A DNA stretch of 61,734 nt. Source: Chiloscyllium plagiosum (taxonomy: Eukaryota). The stretch lies in assembly GCF_004010195.1 (NCBI RefSeq), contig NW_025215242.1:1-61734 (forward strand), in the 5' to 3' direction. Under the pieces are notes generated by a model. The model ran no database searches. It was given only the letters and a program-made list of their open reading frames with translations, and was not told the DNA's origin. This document shows positions 24,760 to 36,800 of the stretch, piece by piece; the stretch's first letter is position 1; every line of letters starts with the position of its first letter. Position numbers and translations under genes: made by a program.

Positions 24760-25330
24760 GTTCACTCAGATCCGTTCAGACATGGGAGGTTTTGCCCCAT
24801 CCATGATCGTCAGCTCCCAGACACTCCATGTGACCCTATTGCTCTCCAAACACATGGAATACTTTGATGTGGTTGATTGGTGGTGGGGATGGTGCTTTGA
24901 AACGTGCATCAAGGGGACGGCCTTTATCCAAGATATATTCATTTATTTCTACGTGGATATTCATTTCTTTCTACGTGAAGACCCGATGACGATGGGAATG
25001 GCTACCTGCTTCTGAACAAAGAGGCCGTGACTGCTGCCAGGACAGTGGGTATTCACCAACATGATGTACTGTGCATGGGTACAGTGTAACATTAATAGAG
25101 AGAGAGCTCCTCAGTTCTTCTACCTCTCCCCATTGACATGGGCACTCTGCAGATGCCATGTATACCATCGGAAATCCCACCATTCTGGATACACCCGGCA
25201 GCTCCCTGCTGAGGGAGGAAGAATGTCTTGGCCTCATCCACCATATACATCCTCCATCACCGAATGGTGACATTGATGTTGAGATACTGGGAAATGATGG
25301 CCATGTCACCTAGTCCTGCCTGGAAAGTTC
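24760..25330 (-). mobile_element. Old Penelope-like fragment
   Basis: Shares 'tgggaatggctacctg' with 9820-9840; degenerate. Confidence 0.45.
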
Positions 25331-25574
25331 TGGATCATAGAAGCTGAATGAAACAGTGACCATAACAGCCACTGGCAGCACCATCCTCCCCCTGGTGTGA
25401 AGCTGCAGGTCGTGTTAAAGGAGGTGACACCGCTCTGTGACCAGCTCCTTGTTCAGTCAGGGTCCCCTCACACTCTGCTCCTGGGTTAAGTGGAGCTTGG
25501 GAAGCTGTTCCTGGAAAACCCGATGTGGATACAGCAGATCCGTTTCCCCACACACACTCACTGCGTGGTTTCAG

Positions 25575-25790
25575 AACCTCCACTCTCTGCAGCCTCTGCT
25601 CCATTTGGTGTTCATGCCACAGACCCAGATGCTGTAACTACAGTCTCCATGCTCCATCCCGAGTTGGGTCACCACATTCTCAGGTCTCCCTGAATGTCTG
25701 AGGCAGCTCACAGCACATCCTCCAGCAAACCATCCCCAGCCCCTCCACTAAATTTTCAATTAGAGGAGTCAGTCAGAAACCCCTCGGCTA
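25575..25790. repeat. Low-copy block B, copy 2
   Basis: 'agacccagatgctgtaac.acagtc' and 'aaaccatccccagc' are shared with 33250-33460. Confidence 0.8.
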
Positions 25791-26080
25791 CAAATGTTGT
25801 GGACCAGACCAGATCCCCGAAAAATGTTATAAGAAGGCTGTTTATACTCAAACCTTTCCTTATTTTGAATATAGATGGGAAGTGTGCATTCCAGATATTT
25901 TGTGACTGGTCAAACCACTCGACATAAAGCAAAATATAATCTATTAAAACTCGTTAGTTAAAATACAATCAAAGAAAAGAACATTTTGGTGTATCTTATA
26001 TGTTGGAACACTTACACAAACATTAGATACCGGACCTTCTTGGTTTACACCGTTTGGCCCAAAGATATATTCAAATACAT

Positions 26081-29000
26081 AGGAGTCTACAACTGTAGTG
26101 TCTCCCACCCGCCCTCCTCCTCTAACCTACTTAATAAGGGAAGGTTCATTCTAAACTTTCTCTATTGAATATAAGTTTGTTAATAATTTTATAGCAACTT
26201 GAACGAAGCTTTCTACTTTAGTACTGAGTGGGTGTTCAGATAAGTTGGGTATTGATGCTAGGGCAGTTGCTTGCTCCTCCTGCAGAATGTGGCAGGTGGG
26301 AGACATGGCACACGTCACCGCTGGCTACAACTGCCTGAAGTGCACCCAAGTCCAGCTCCTTGAAAACGGTATTAGGGAATTGGAATTGGAGCTGGATGAA
26401 CTACGGATCATTCGGGAGGCTGAGGGGGTAATTGTGAGGAATTACCGGGAGTTGGTCACTCCTAAGACTCAGGACAAGGATAGATGGGTTACAGTTAGGG
26501 GGAGGAAAGGGGACAGACAGACAGTGCAGAGATCCCCAATGGACATTCCCCTCATCAATACGTATACCGTTTTGGATACTGCTGGGGGGTGGGGGGCGAG
26601 GAATGACCTACCAGAGGAAAGCCATAGCAGTCAGTTCTCTGGCACTGAGCCTGACACTGTGGTAAAGAAGGGAAGGGGGCAGAATAGAAAAGTACTCGTC
26701 GTAGGGGACTCGATAGTTAGGGGAATCGACAGGAGATTTTGTGGTCACGATAAGGAATCCCGGAAGATATGTTGCCTCCCTGGTGCCAAGGTCCGGGACG
26801 TCTCCGATCGGGTGTATAAGCTTTTCAAAGGGGAGAGCGAACAGCCACGAATCATGTTACATATGGGCACTAATGATATAGCCAGGAAAAGGATCAAGGA
26901 TATAAAAAGTGATTTCAGGGAGTTAGGATGGAAGCTGCAAAGCAGGACGAACAGAGTAGTGTTCTCTAGTTTACTACCGGTGCCACGAGATAACGAGGCG
27001 AGGAACAGGGAGCGGGCGCAGCTTAACACGTGGCTGCGCAGCTGGTGTAGATGGGAGGGCTTCAGATATGTAGATAATTGGGATGTCTTCTGGGGAAGGT
27101 GGGACGTGTACAAGAAGGGCTGGTTGCATGTGAACTGGAAAAGGACCAATGTCCTAGGTGGAAGGTTTGCTCGAGTCGTTCGAGAGGGTTTAAATTAGTA
27201 TGGCAGGGGGGTGGGACCCGAGCTGTATACCGGAGGTGAGAGTTGATCCAGATGAGGCAATAGCAAGAGGTAGACCAGCTAGTGGGAAGGACCTTCCTGG
27301 GAAGGAACCAAGGGATCAGTTAAAGTGCGTTTGCTTTAATAAGAGGACTATCAGGAATAAAAGTGATGAACTTAGAGCATGGATCAGTACCTGGAGCTAT
27401 GATGTTGTGGCCATAATAGAGACATGGGTTTCTCAGGGGCAGGATTGGTTGCTGGATGTTCCAGGGTTTAGAATATTTAAAAAGAATAGGGAGGGGGTGT
27501 AGCACTACTAATCAGAGAAGGTATCACAGCTACAGAAGCTTCCATTGTCAAGGAAGATTTGCCTACCGAGACAGTATGGGTGGAAATTAGGAACAGCAAG
27601 AGAGCAGTCACCTCATTAGGGGTTTACTACAGGCCCCCTAATCGCAGCAGAGAGATGGAAGAAAGCATAGGTAGGTAGATTTTGGAAATGTGTGGACGGA
27701 GTCGGGTGACTTTAACTTTCCCAATATTAATTGGAACTTCCTTCGAGCAGATCGTTTGGAAGGTGATGTTTTTGTAAGGTGTGTTGAGGAGGGTTTCCAA
27801 ACTCAGTACGTTGACAGGCCAACGAGGGGAGAGACGATTCTAGATTTGGTGCTTGGAAACGAGCCGGGGCAGGTATCAGATCTTGTGATGGGAGAGCATT
27901 TTGGTGATAGTGTCCACAACTGCCTCACATTTTATATTGCTATCTAGAAGGGGAGGATAAGGCAAAATGGGAGGATATATAATTGCGGAAGAGAAAACTA
28001 TGATGCGATGAGACATGAGTAAGGAAGCATGGAATGGGAGCAATTGTTCCATGGTAAAGGCACAATAGCCATGTGGAGACTGTTTAAGGAACAGTTGTTG
28101 TAAGTGATGAATAAATATGTCCCTCTGAGACAGACAAGACGTGGTAAGATAAAGAAACCTTGGATGACGAGAGCGGTGGAGCTTCTCGTCAAAAGGAAGA
28201 AGGTAGCTTACATAAGGTGGAGGCTAGGGTCAAGCTCAGCTCTAGANNNNNNNNNNNNNNNNNNNNNNNNNNNNNNNNNNNNNNNNNNNNNNNNNNNNNN
28301 NNNNNNNNNNNNNNNNNNNNNNNNNNNNNNNNNNNNNNNNNNNNNNNNNNNNNNNNNNNNNNNNNNNNNNNNNNNNNNNNNNNNNNNNNNNNNNNNNNNN
28401 NNNNNNNNNNNNNNNNNNNNNNNNNNNNNNNNNNNNNNNNNNNNNNNNNNNNNNNNNNNNNNNNNNNNNNNNNNNNNNNNNNNNNNNNNNNNNNNNNNNN
28501 NNNNNNNNNNNNNNNNNNNNNNNNNNNNNNNNNNNNNNNNNNNNNNNNNNNNNNNNNNNNNNNNNNNNNNNNNNNNNNNNNNNNNNNNNNNNNNNNNNNN
28601 NNNNNNNNNNNNNNNNNNNNNNNNNNNNNNNNNNNNNNNNNNNNNNNNNNNNNNNNNNNNNNNNNNNNNNNNNNNNNNNNNNNNNNNNNNNNNNNNNNNN
28701 NNNNNNNNNNNNNNNNNNNNNNNNNNNNNNNNNNNNNNNNNNNNNNNNNNNNNNNNNNNNNNNNNNNNNNNNNNNNNNNNNNNNNNNNNNNNNNNNNNNN
28801 NNNNNNNNNNNNNNNNNNNNNNNNNNNNNNNNNNNNNNNNNNNNNNNNNNNNNNNNNNNNNNNNNNNNNNNNNNNNNNNNNNNNNNNNNNNNNNNNNNNN
28901 NNNNNNNNNNNNNNNNNNNNNNNNNNNNNNNNNNNNNNNNNNNNNNNNNNNNNNNNNNNNNNNNNNNNNNNNNNNNNNNNNNNNNNNNNNNNNNNNNNNN

Positions 29001-29780
29001 NNNNNNNNNNNNNNNNNNNNNNNNNNNNNNNNNNNNNNNNNNNNNNNNNNNNNNNNNNNNNNNNNNNNNNNNNNNNNNNNNNNNNNNNNNNNNNNNNNNN
29101 NNNNNCTAGACAGGGGACGAAACGTTTGCAACAAAAATTTCCAGCTCGGCGAACAGAACCACAACAAAGCATATGGTGTTTTGGCTTTCATGAACAGGGG
29201 GATTGAGTTTAAGAGTCGTGTGATCTTGTTGCAGCTCTATAAAACTTTGTTTAGACCGCACTTGGAATACTGCGTCCAGTTCTGGTCGCCCTATTAGAGG
29301 ATAGACGTGGATGCTTTGGAGAGGGTTTAGAGGAGGTTGACCAGGATGCTGCCTGGACTGGATGGCTTATCCTATGAAAAGAGGTTGACTAAGCTCGGAC
29401 TTTTTTCATTGGAAAAAAGGAGGAGGAGAGGGGACCTAATTGAGGTGTACAAGATAATGAGATAGAGTCGATTGCCAGAGACTATTTCCCAGGGCAGAAA
29501 TGACTAACACGAGGGGTCATAGTTTTAAGCTGGTTAGAGTAAGGTATAGAGGGGCTATCAAGGGTGGGTTCTTTACACAGAGAGTTATGAGAGCATGGAA
29601 TGCGTTGCCAGCAGCAGTTGTGGAAGCAGGGTCATTGGGGACATTTAAGAGACTACTGGACATGCATATGGTCACAGAAATTTGAGGGTACATACATGAG
29701 GATCAGTGGTCGGCACGACATTGTGGGCTGAAGGGCTTGTTCTGTGCTGTACTGCTCTATGTTCTATGTTCTGTGTTCTA
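26081..29780 (+). mobile_element. Near full-length CR1 LINE (5' UTR, ORF1, disrupted ORF2, 3' microsatellite tail), with a gap inside ORF2
   Basis: ORF1 as described separately; endonuclease 'YDVVAIIETW', 'GDFNFPNINW', 'PTRGETILDLVL'; RT C-terminus 'LYKTLFRPHLEYCVQFWSPY'; (tatgttc)n tail at 29755-29780; ORF2 has stops. Confidence 0.95.
26245..27198 (+). CDS. CR1 ORF1 protein: zinc finger/leucine zipper plus SGNH esterase domain (open for 317 codons; start codon is TTG)
   Basis: CxxC...CxxC followed by the 'LLENGIRELELELDELR' coiled coil; SGNH blocks 'VVGDSIVR', 'CLPGAKV', 'HMGTND', 'WLHVN'. Confidence 0.9.
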   Translation: MGIDARAVACSSCRMWQVGDMAHVTAGYNCLKCTQVQLLENGIRELELELDELRIIREAEGVIVRNYRELVTPKTQDKDRWVTVRGRKGDRQTVQRSPMDIPLINTYTVLDTAGGWGARNDLPEESHSSQFSGTEPDTVVKKGRGQNRKVLVVGDSIVRGIDRRFCGHDKESRKICCLPGAKVRDVSDRVYKLFKGESEQPRIMLHMGTNDIARKRIKDIKSDFRELGWKLQSRTNRVVFSSLLPVPRDNEARNRERAQLNTWLRSWCRWEGFRYVDNWDVFWGRWDVYKKGWLHVNWKRTNVLGGRFARVVREGLN

Positions 29781-32010
29781 TATCCTTACAGCAGTTTTCC
29801 AATCCAGGAGGAAACAACATCAACAGAGATCTCAGAGAAAAGCAGCTGGGGATCATGTATTGAAACTTCCACCCCTTCTGGGATCCCCAGCAGCTTCTGA
29901 ATGCTGCAGCTAAAAACAAAACGAGGATACCTGGTCTGGGAGATCTGGCCACTGCCCTTCCATTGTTACCACCGTTTTAATGAAACCTCAGTTATTTACT
30001 TAAACTGTTTTTAGTCAGCAGTTCTGCACCTCTGCCTTTAAAACTTCATTTAAAAAAAAACAAGAGAAAATAACCTTTTTACAGTGATAGTGTCCTCAAG
30101 ACTCCATCTTTAATAGAATAATCCATCAATATACAAAGATGGATTCATTTTAGACCTCCTAATCTTCCTCTATTAGCAGACTGAAATGCATATACATTAC
30201 ATTGACTGTGAGCATACAAATGTTGACAACTAGTTTCGATTTCAGACATTTTACTCCTGCCACAGAATGACTTTGTCTTTCTTCATCTAAGTCTCCACAA
30301 CGCGACAAAACTTAAGTTTTCTCGCCTTGTCACCTGTATAATTTCAAATTGAATGGCGGAAATAATAAGTCAATCGAAACAGACAGGTATTTTTCTCCCT
30401 AAACTTCTCCAAAAACTTTAAGTAGTCACGATCAGTGATAAAAGTTTGTCTCATGTATGTTATTCACAATTTAAATGCTGAAATGTTGTAACGGCAACAC
30501 CAAGCTCAAGGCCTCCTTCCCCATTGTGGAATACATCTGTTGATGTTTTCACTGGATGTTTTCACTGGACACTCCAACCATACGTTACATAACGGAGCAC
30601 TTCTGATCTCTCCAATAGTCCTTCTGAAAGACATAGCTCCTCAAGTCTCAGCATAAAAGAATTACAAGCTTCTGTACCTCTTAATGCTCTAACCTCTTTA
30701 CCTGCTACTCCTGGCCTTTGCCAATAAACCTTACTCTCACAGGTAAATGTTTTAAGAAATATCGCACATTCTTCTCAATCTCTCACAGAAACCATACCTT
30801 GATTTCTGAACTCAATTATAATCATCAGCCATTTCAGCTTCTCGCCTTGCCGTTTTAACTCTCTGCTCTTCCACACGAGTTCTCACGACTGCAGGAAGTG
30901 GATTGTTGAACTTCTGCAAAATAAGAATCTCTCTAAGAGTGATACAGGTGTGCTCTGTTTTTAATGCCCTTACCCACATTTCAACCTTACTTTGTTTGAT
31001 CCTTTCAAACTGATTGTGCGTTTAACCAGGGATCTTTTTTTTTAGATTCCTGAAACGCTGTCTGTCAGCTTCTGGCACAAGCTCATATGCACTTCAGACG
31101 GCTTTATTCACCACCCCATACTGGCTAGATACCTCCTCCAATAGGAATGCAAATACCTATCAGCTTTGTTTGAATCAACTAAATCCACATTGTCACTGGT
31201 TTAGCCACTTTCTCAAATGAAAATCAAAAGGCTTCCCCATCCTTCACATCAAATTTAGATAATTCCTGGATGCATCTAAACATAACCCCATTAGGGAATT
31301 GGTTACAATAGGGTTGCTCATCCTCACTAACCTCCTCATTCCGCCGACCACCTACCTTCATCTCCGCCTTCTATGTCAATTATCGATTTAGAACCGGACA
31401 CTAGTCCCTAGTTTGCTATAGACGAACCAGACTACCTCAAACTGTTTTAAGAAAGTAGCTTGGATGCCAACCTTTTCTTATTTTAAAGGTAGATGTGAGT
31501 TGGATGTTTCAGATGTGATGTTACAAGTCAAACCACTCGCCATTAAGCAAGGCACAATATATTTAAACACTCTAATGAAAATCCATACAAATTGAAGAGG
31601 AATTTAGAATACCTTAACAGATTGGAAACCTTAACAGAATAATGGAAACAGTACCTTCTACAAATGAACTGTTCGAATATACTAACATCACCGAAACAAA
31701 CCTCTTGGCAAAATCGAAATTTCAGACATACATTCTTGCATACAGTTCTCCAATCCAGGAGGAAGCAGCATCAAGACAGGTTTCAGAGAGAGTAGCAGCT
31801 GGAGATAACTATTTATTAAAAACCCTGAAAGCGTCGTAAGTTATTTGCTTGAGCCGTTTTCAGCAGGCAGTTTCGCCTTTAAGATCTCTTCTTTAAAAAA
31901 AATTGAGAAAATAATACTTTTTTTAAAAATGACAGCATTGTCACACAATTTAGATGTCTGGTCCCGTCGCACATGGTTAATGCAAATAGTAAATGGACTG
32001 TGAAACCTAC

Positions 32011-32191
32011 CAGGGACACCAACAGTAGCCAGGATAGGATAATAAAAATATTGAATGAGGCTAAGTACATATAGGATCCGCGTTGGTAATGACAACCAAT
32101 CATAATATGTAGACAGAATCCAAACATAATCGGATAAACCCCTGGTCATTGTTGGAACATTCCAATCTATTGTTCTCAGATTCTGATCCAT
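32011..32191 (-). CDS. First coding exon of a GPR139-like class A GPCR (N-terminus and first half of TM1); exon 2 not found
   Basis: Reads 'MDQNLRTIDWNVPTMTRGLSDYVWILSTYYDWLSLPTRILYVLSLIQYFYYPILATVGVP' and ends at a phase-1 GT donor (cctg|gtaggt, intron starts 32010). 'YYPILAxxGVP' before the TM1 Asn is characteristic of the GPR139/GPR142-like receptors I recall as expanded in sharks. The start ATG is uncertain (32191, 32149 or further upstream). Confidence 0.75.
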
Positions 32192-32761
32192 TGTTGGAAC
32201 ATTCCAGTCTAATGTTCTCAGATTCTGATCTCTCCGTCCCCTCTCTCCGCTGCTGCTGATCACTGTTAGTGCTGTCGGTGATGCTCCCGCCAATGCGATG
32301 GGATAACACATTGAACAGAGCCCATTTATCATTAGAATATGGACCTTCTCCACTGGGATAATTAGAATCCACGCAGACTGACATTAATCACAGTCAGCAA
32401 ACAAACAGATTCAGTTAACCATTTCTTTACATCATTTTACATATCACAACAAAGGGGGACATTTACTTAGTTTGAATGGAATGGATGGGGGTTGGTGAAG
32501 GATAAATGATAAATCTTACATCTTTTTTACCTTTCTTCCCTGTATGTGGAAGTATAGCTGGAACACTGCTGGGTTGTATAGGTTTCACCGTATTTCTATA
32601 GGGTCAGGGATAAAATAACAGACCGCCTACATAAAATGTCGGATGGGAAAGTGTTTAGATACCTTTCTNNNNNNNNNNNNNNNNNNNNNNNNNNNNNNNN
32701 NNNNNNNNNNNNNNNNNNNNNNNNNNNNNNNNNNNNNNNNNNNNNNNNNNNNNNNNNNNNN

Positions 32762-33100
32762 AAGGCTCGAGACTGGTACACAGGAACAGGAGGCAGTCAC
32801 TCACTGCTCGAGACTGGGACACAGGAACAGGAGGCAGCCATTCAACTGCTCTAGACTGGGAGACGGGAAAACGAGACATTCATTCAACTGCTCGAAACTG
32901 GGACACAGGAACAGCAGACAGTCTATTCAACTATTCAAGACTGGAACACCGGGACAGGAGGGAGTCACTCAACTGCTCGAGACAGGAACACAGGAACAGG
33001 AGGCAGTCACTCAACTGCTCCAGACTGGGACACGGGGATATCTGGGGGCAAGTGAGGCCGCAGATTTCTGTTCTGCAGGAACAGGAGGAGGTGACTCACT
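32762..33100 (+). repeat. ~42-bp minisatellite array, best-preserved copy
   Basis: Units 'ctcgagactgggacacaggaacaggaggcagtcactcaactg'; the array abuts an assembly gap and probably continues into it. Confidence 0.9.
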
Positions 33101-33249
33101 CCCCATCACTGTGAGATTGTGGGAGAGAAGAGGAATTGGCTTGGTATTAACAGAAATATCTGAATAAGTTGTTTGAGCGAGTCATTCAATTCGGTCCAAC
33201 ATTTTCCATAACCTTGGCTGATCTGATTTTGATTCCCTCATTCCATTTT

Positions 33250-33460
33250 ACAGAGATTCCCCTCTCTGCAGTCTCTGCTCTATTTGTTGGTCATGTTGTA
33301 GACCCAGATGCTGTAACCACAGTCACCGTGACTCATCCAGAGTGGGTCAACAAAACATCTGGTCTTTCTGAATTTCCACAGCAACTTTAAACACAGCCTC
33401 CAGGAAACCATCCCCAGCATTTCCACGAACGTACTAAAACAAGAATTAAGTCAAATGTCA
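33250..33460. repeat. Low-copy block B, copy 3
   Basis: Matches 7535-7710 and 25575-25790. Confidence 0.8.
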
Positions 33461-33819
33461 GTCAAAGTCAAATGATAAGTCTGGTCTTAATCAGTAACAA
33501 TGGAGGGGATTCCTCATGTTACTGAGCACATGATCAGCAGTGAGTGATTAACACAGGCGATCAATGGATCGGCACAGAGCAAGTTACAAAGCAGTGTCTC
33601 AAAACTGAAACCCCACTTTCCAACATGGAGCACAGAGCAGGACACTGGAAAGTCAAAGAAAACGCAAGCTATGCTTTCAAAATATTATTTCCAGGCTTTT
33701 AAATTTGGAAGCTGATGCTCTCGGGTAAGCAACATTCAAGGTCAGAGAAAGATATAGGTTAGTTATTCACATTAAAATTGGACAATTAAAGCTGGATGTC
33801 AGGATTTGAATACCAACAG

Positions 33820-36800
33820 TTTAAATACCAACAAATGGGAGGGATTTCGGAAATAGACAGTAAACAGAGACCAGAGTCAGTATTACGGAAGAATGTTTTT
33901 GCAAGTTTCAGAATGCTGAAGTGAAGACATATCGATGGTATCTCGTAACATAGGCTGGTATTTCCGGGAATGATTAATTAAGGTGATATTGGTGTTAGGT
34001 CAGGCAGAATTATCGATTCTCCGAGATGTACAGCACGAAACAGATCCTTCAGTTCAACTCGTCCAAGCTGATGAGATATCCCAATATGAGCTAGTCCCAT
34101 TTGCCAGCATTTGGCCCACATCGATGTAAACCCTTCCTTTTCATGTACCCATCCAAATGCCTTTTAAATGTTGTAATCATAGCAGCCTCCACCACCACTT
34201 CTGACAGCTCATTCCACACATGCACCATTCTCTGTGGAAATAGTTGTTCCTTAGGTCATTTTTAAATCGTTCGCCTCTCACCTGAAATCCATGCCCTCTA
34301 GTTTTGGGGAACATATCTTGACTATTCACCCTCTACATGCCCCTCTCGCTCCAGGAAAAAAAAAACACCCCAACCTACTCACACTTTTCCGATAGCGACA
34401 ATCCTGGCAACATCCTTGTAAATATATTCTGACTCCCTTCAAGTTTCACAATATCTTTCCAATAGGAGGGAAACGACAATTAAATGCAGTACTCCAAAAG
34501 TGGCTAAAATAATGTGCTGGGCAGCAGCAACNNNNNNNNNNNNNNNNNNNNNNNNNNNNNNNNNNNNNNNNNNNNNNNNNNNNNNNNNNNNNNNNNNNNN
34601 NNNNNNNNNNNNNNNNNNNNNNNNNNNNNNNNNNNNNNNNNNNNNNNNNNNNNNNNNNNNNNNNNNNNNNNNNNNNNNNNNNNNNNNNNNNNNNNNNNNN
34701 NNNNNNNNNNNNNNNNNNNNNNNNNNNNNNNNNNNNNNNNNNNNNNNNNNNNNNNNNNNNNNNNNNNNNNNNNNNNNNNNNNNNNNNNNNNNNNNNNNNN
34801 NNNNNNNNNNNNNNNNNNNNNNNNNNNNNNNNNNNNNNNNNNNNNNNNNNNNNNNNNNNNNNNNNNNNNNNNNNNNNNNNNNNNNNNNNNNNNNNNNNNN
34901 NNNNNNNNNNNNNNNNNNNNNNNNNNNNNNNNNNNNNNNNNNNNNNNNNNNNNNNNNNNNNNNNNNNNNNNNNNNNNNNNNNNNNNNNNNNNNNNNNNNN
35001 NNNNNNNNNNNNNNNNNNNNNNNNNNNNNNNNNNNNNNNNNNNNNNNNNNNNNNNNNNNNNNNNNNNNNNNNNNNNNNNNNNNNNNNNNNNNNNNNNNNN
35101 NNNNNNNNNNNNNNNNNNNNNNNNNNNNNNNNNNNNNNNNNNNNNNNNNNNNNNNNNNNNNNNNNNNNNNNNNNNNNNNNNNNNNNNNNNNNNNNNNNNN
35201 NNNNNNNNNNNNNNNNNNNNNNNNNNNNNNNNNNNNNNNNNNNNNNNNNNNNNNNNNNNNNNNNNNNNNNNNNNNNNNNNNNNNNNNNNNNNNNNNNNNN
35301 NNNNNNNNNNNNNNNNNNNNNNNNNNNNNNNNNNNNNNNNNNNNNNNNNNNNNNNNNNNNNNNNNNNNNNNNNNTCTCTGCTATATTCACATCCAAATGA
35401 TTTCTATAAATAATGAAAAGCAGTTGACCCAGCAGCGATCCTTGTAGCACACCACTGAATGCAGCCCTTCTGTTCGAAAAGTAATCCACCACCACCACCC
35501 TCTGTCTCGTACCTTGGAACTAATTCTGTATCCACATGGCTAGTTCTCCCTGCATTACATGAGAACGAACCTTGTTAACTGGTCTACCATGTGGAAAGTT
35601 GTCAACATGAAGTCCATGTCAACAATGTTCACCTGTCTGCCTCAATGAATCCTCTTCGTCACTTCTTCAAAAAAACTCAGTCAATTTAGTGAGAAACAAT
35701 TTTCCACGCCTCGAGCCATATTGCCTATCCCTTATCAATCCTTGCCTTTCAAAATACCTGCAAACTTGTGCCTAAGAATCCTCTCTAACTACATGCCCAT
35801 GACTGACGTCAGGCTCCCCAACATTTCCTTACCATCCTTCTTAAATGTTGTGAGTAATTGAACAAAGTTAGCAAGCCTCCTATCTTCCAGCACCTGTCCT
35901 GTGACAATTGACGATACAAATATCTCAGCAAGGGGCCATGTAATCATTTCCATCATCATGCCGATGATGAATCCATTTCGGATGTTGGAAAAACCCATCT
36001 GGTTCACTGATATCCTTGAAGGAAGCAAACAACCATCCTTACCTGGTCTGTGTTACATGTGACTCCAGACCGACAACAATGTGATTGATTCTTAACTACC
36101 CGCTAGGCAATTAGTGATCGGGGATAAATGCAGACCCAACCAGTGGTATCCTAATCCTGTGAATGAATACAGAAAAAACCCTTCATTCCTGCTGTCTCTA
36201 CCTGATATATGCTTTCCTCTTATCCGTGACCAGACTCTCAATTTCTTCAATCCTCCAGCATTCTTTACACCTTCCAGCCTTACCCTTCACCCGAACAGTG
36301 ACATACTACCTCTGTGCTCTTGACATCTCATTTTTGAAAGCTTTCCTCTTCTCAAATAGTCCCTTATCTGCGAATATCAGTCAAAATCCACTTTGGAAGG
36401 CCTTGACTAATATCACCAAAATTGGCCCTTCCAATTTAGAATATTAACTTTTAGATCGTAATTCCTTTTACATTTCTATTTCAAAACTAAGAGAATTCTG
36501 ATTACTTGTCGCAAAGTGCTTTCCCCACCGATAACTCGGTCTCCTGCCCTACCTTATTTCCCAGGAGTATGTCACATTTAGCTCCTTCTCTGGTGATGGG
36601 GAGTTTTGGACAAGCAGCTGAAGCTTTGTATCTGTTAGTGTGGTCAGCCGAGTCTTCGATTCGTTGGGCTGAATCTAACAGTATTTTTTCTCAGTGCCAT
36701 TTTCATTGAGTGTGACATTGGGATTGTCTGCACCAAGCAGATGTAGTTTCCTGGTGATGTCTTATCGAATTCACCTCATTAACTACGAACCTACCCCGTG

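Larger units (their letters stand above)
25795..31945 (-). mobile_element. Internally deleted Gypsy (Gmr1-like gag) LTR element; its 3' LTR is interrupted by a CR1
   Basis: 5' LTR 31414-31945 (minus strand TGTGACA...TAGCA) followed by a degenerate PBS-like sequence; gag remnant 'SAYELVPEADRQRFRN...LREILILQKFNNPLPAVVRTRVEEQRVKTARREAEMADDY' at ~30820-31100; 3' LTR pieces at 29780-30100 and 25795-26080; flanks caaa/caat. Confidence 0.75.

Noticed and set aside
25575..25690. 'PPLS...ATDPD' peptide in block B resembling cadherin motifs
   Set aside because: Motif order and spacing do not fit a cadherin repeat, and the frame is not kept in the other copies.
32762..33100. Regular repeat array considered as a CRISPR array or repetitive protein (ORF 32643-33167)
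   Set aside because: Contiguous degenerate units with no unique spacers, no cas genes, vertebrate context; the ORF results from the 42-bp period.
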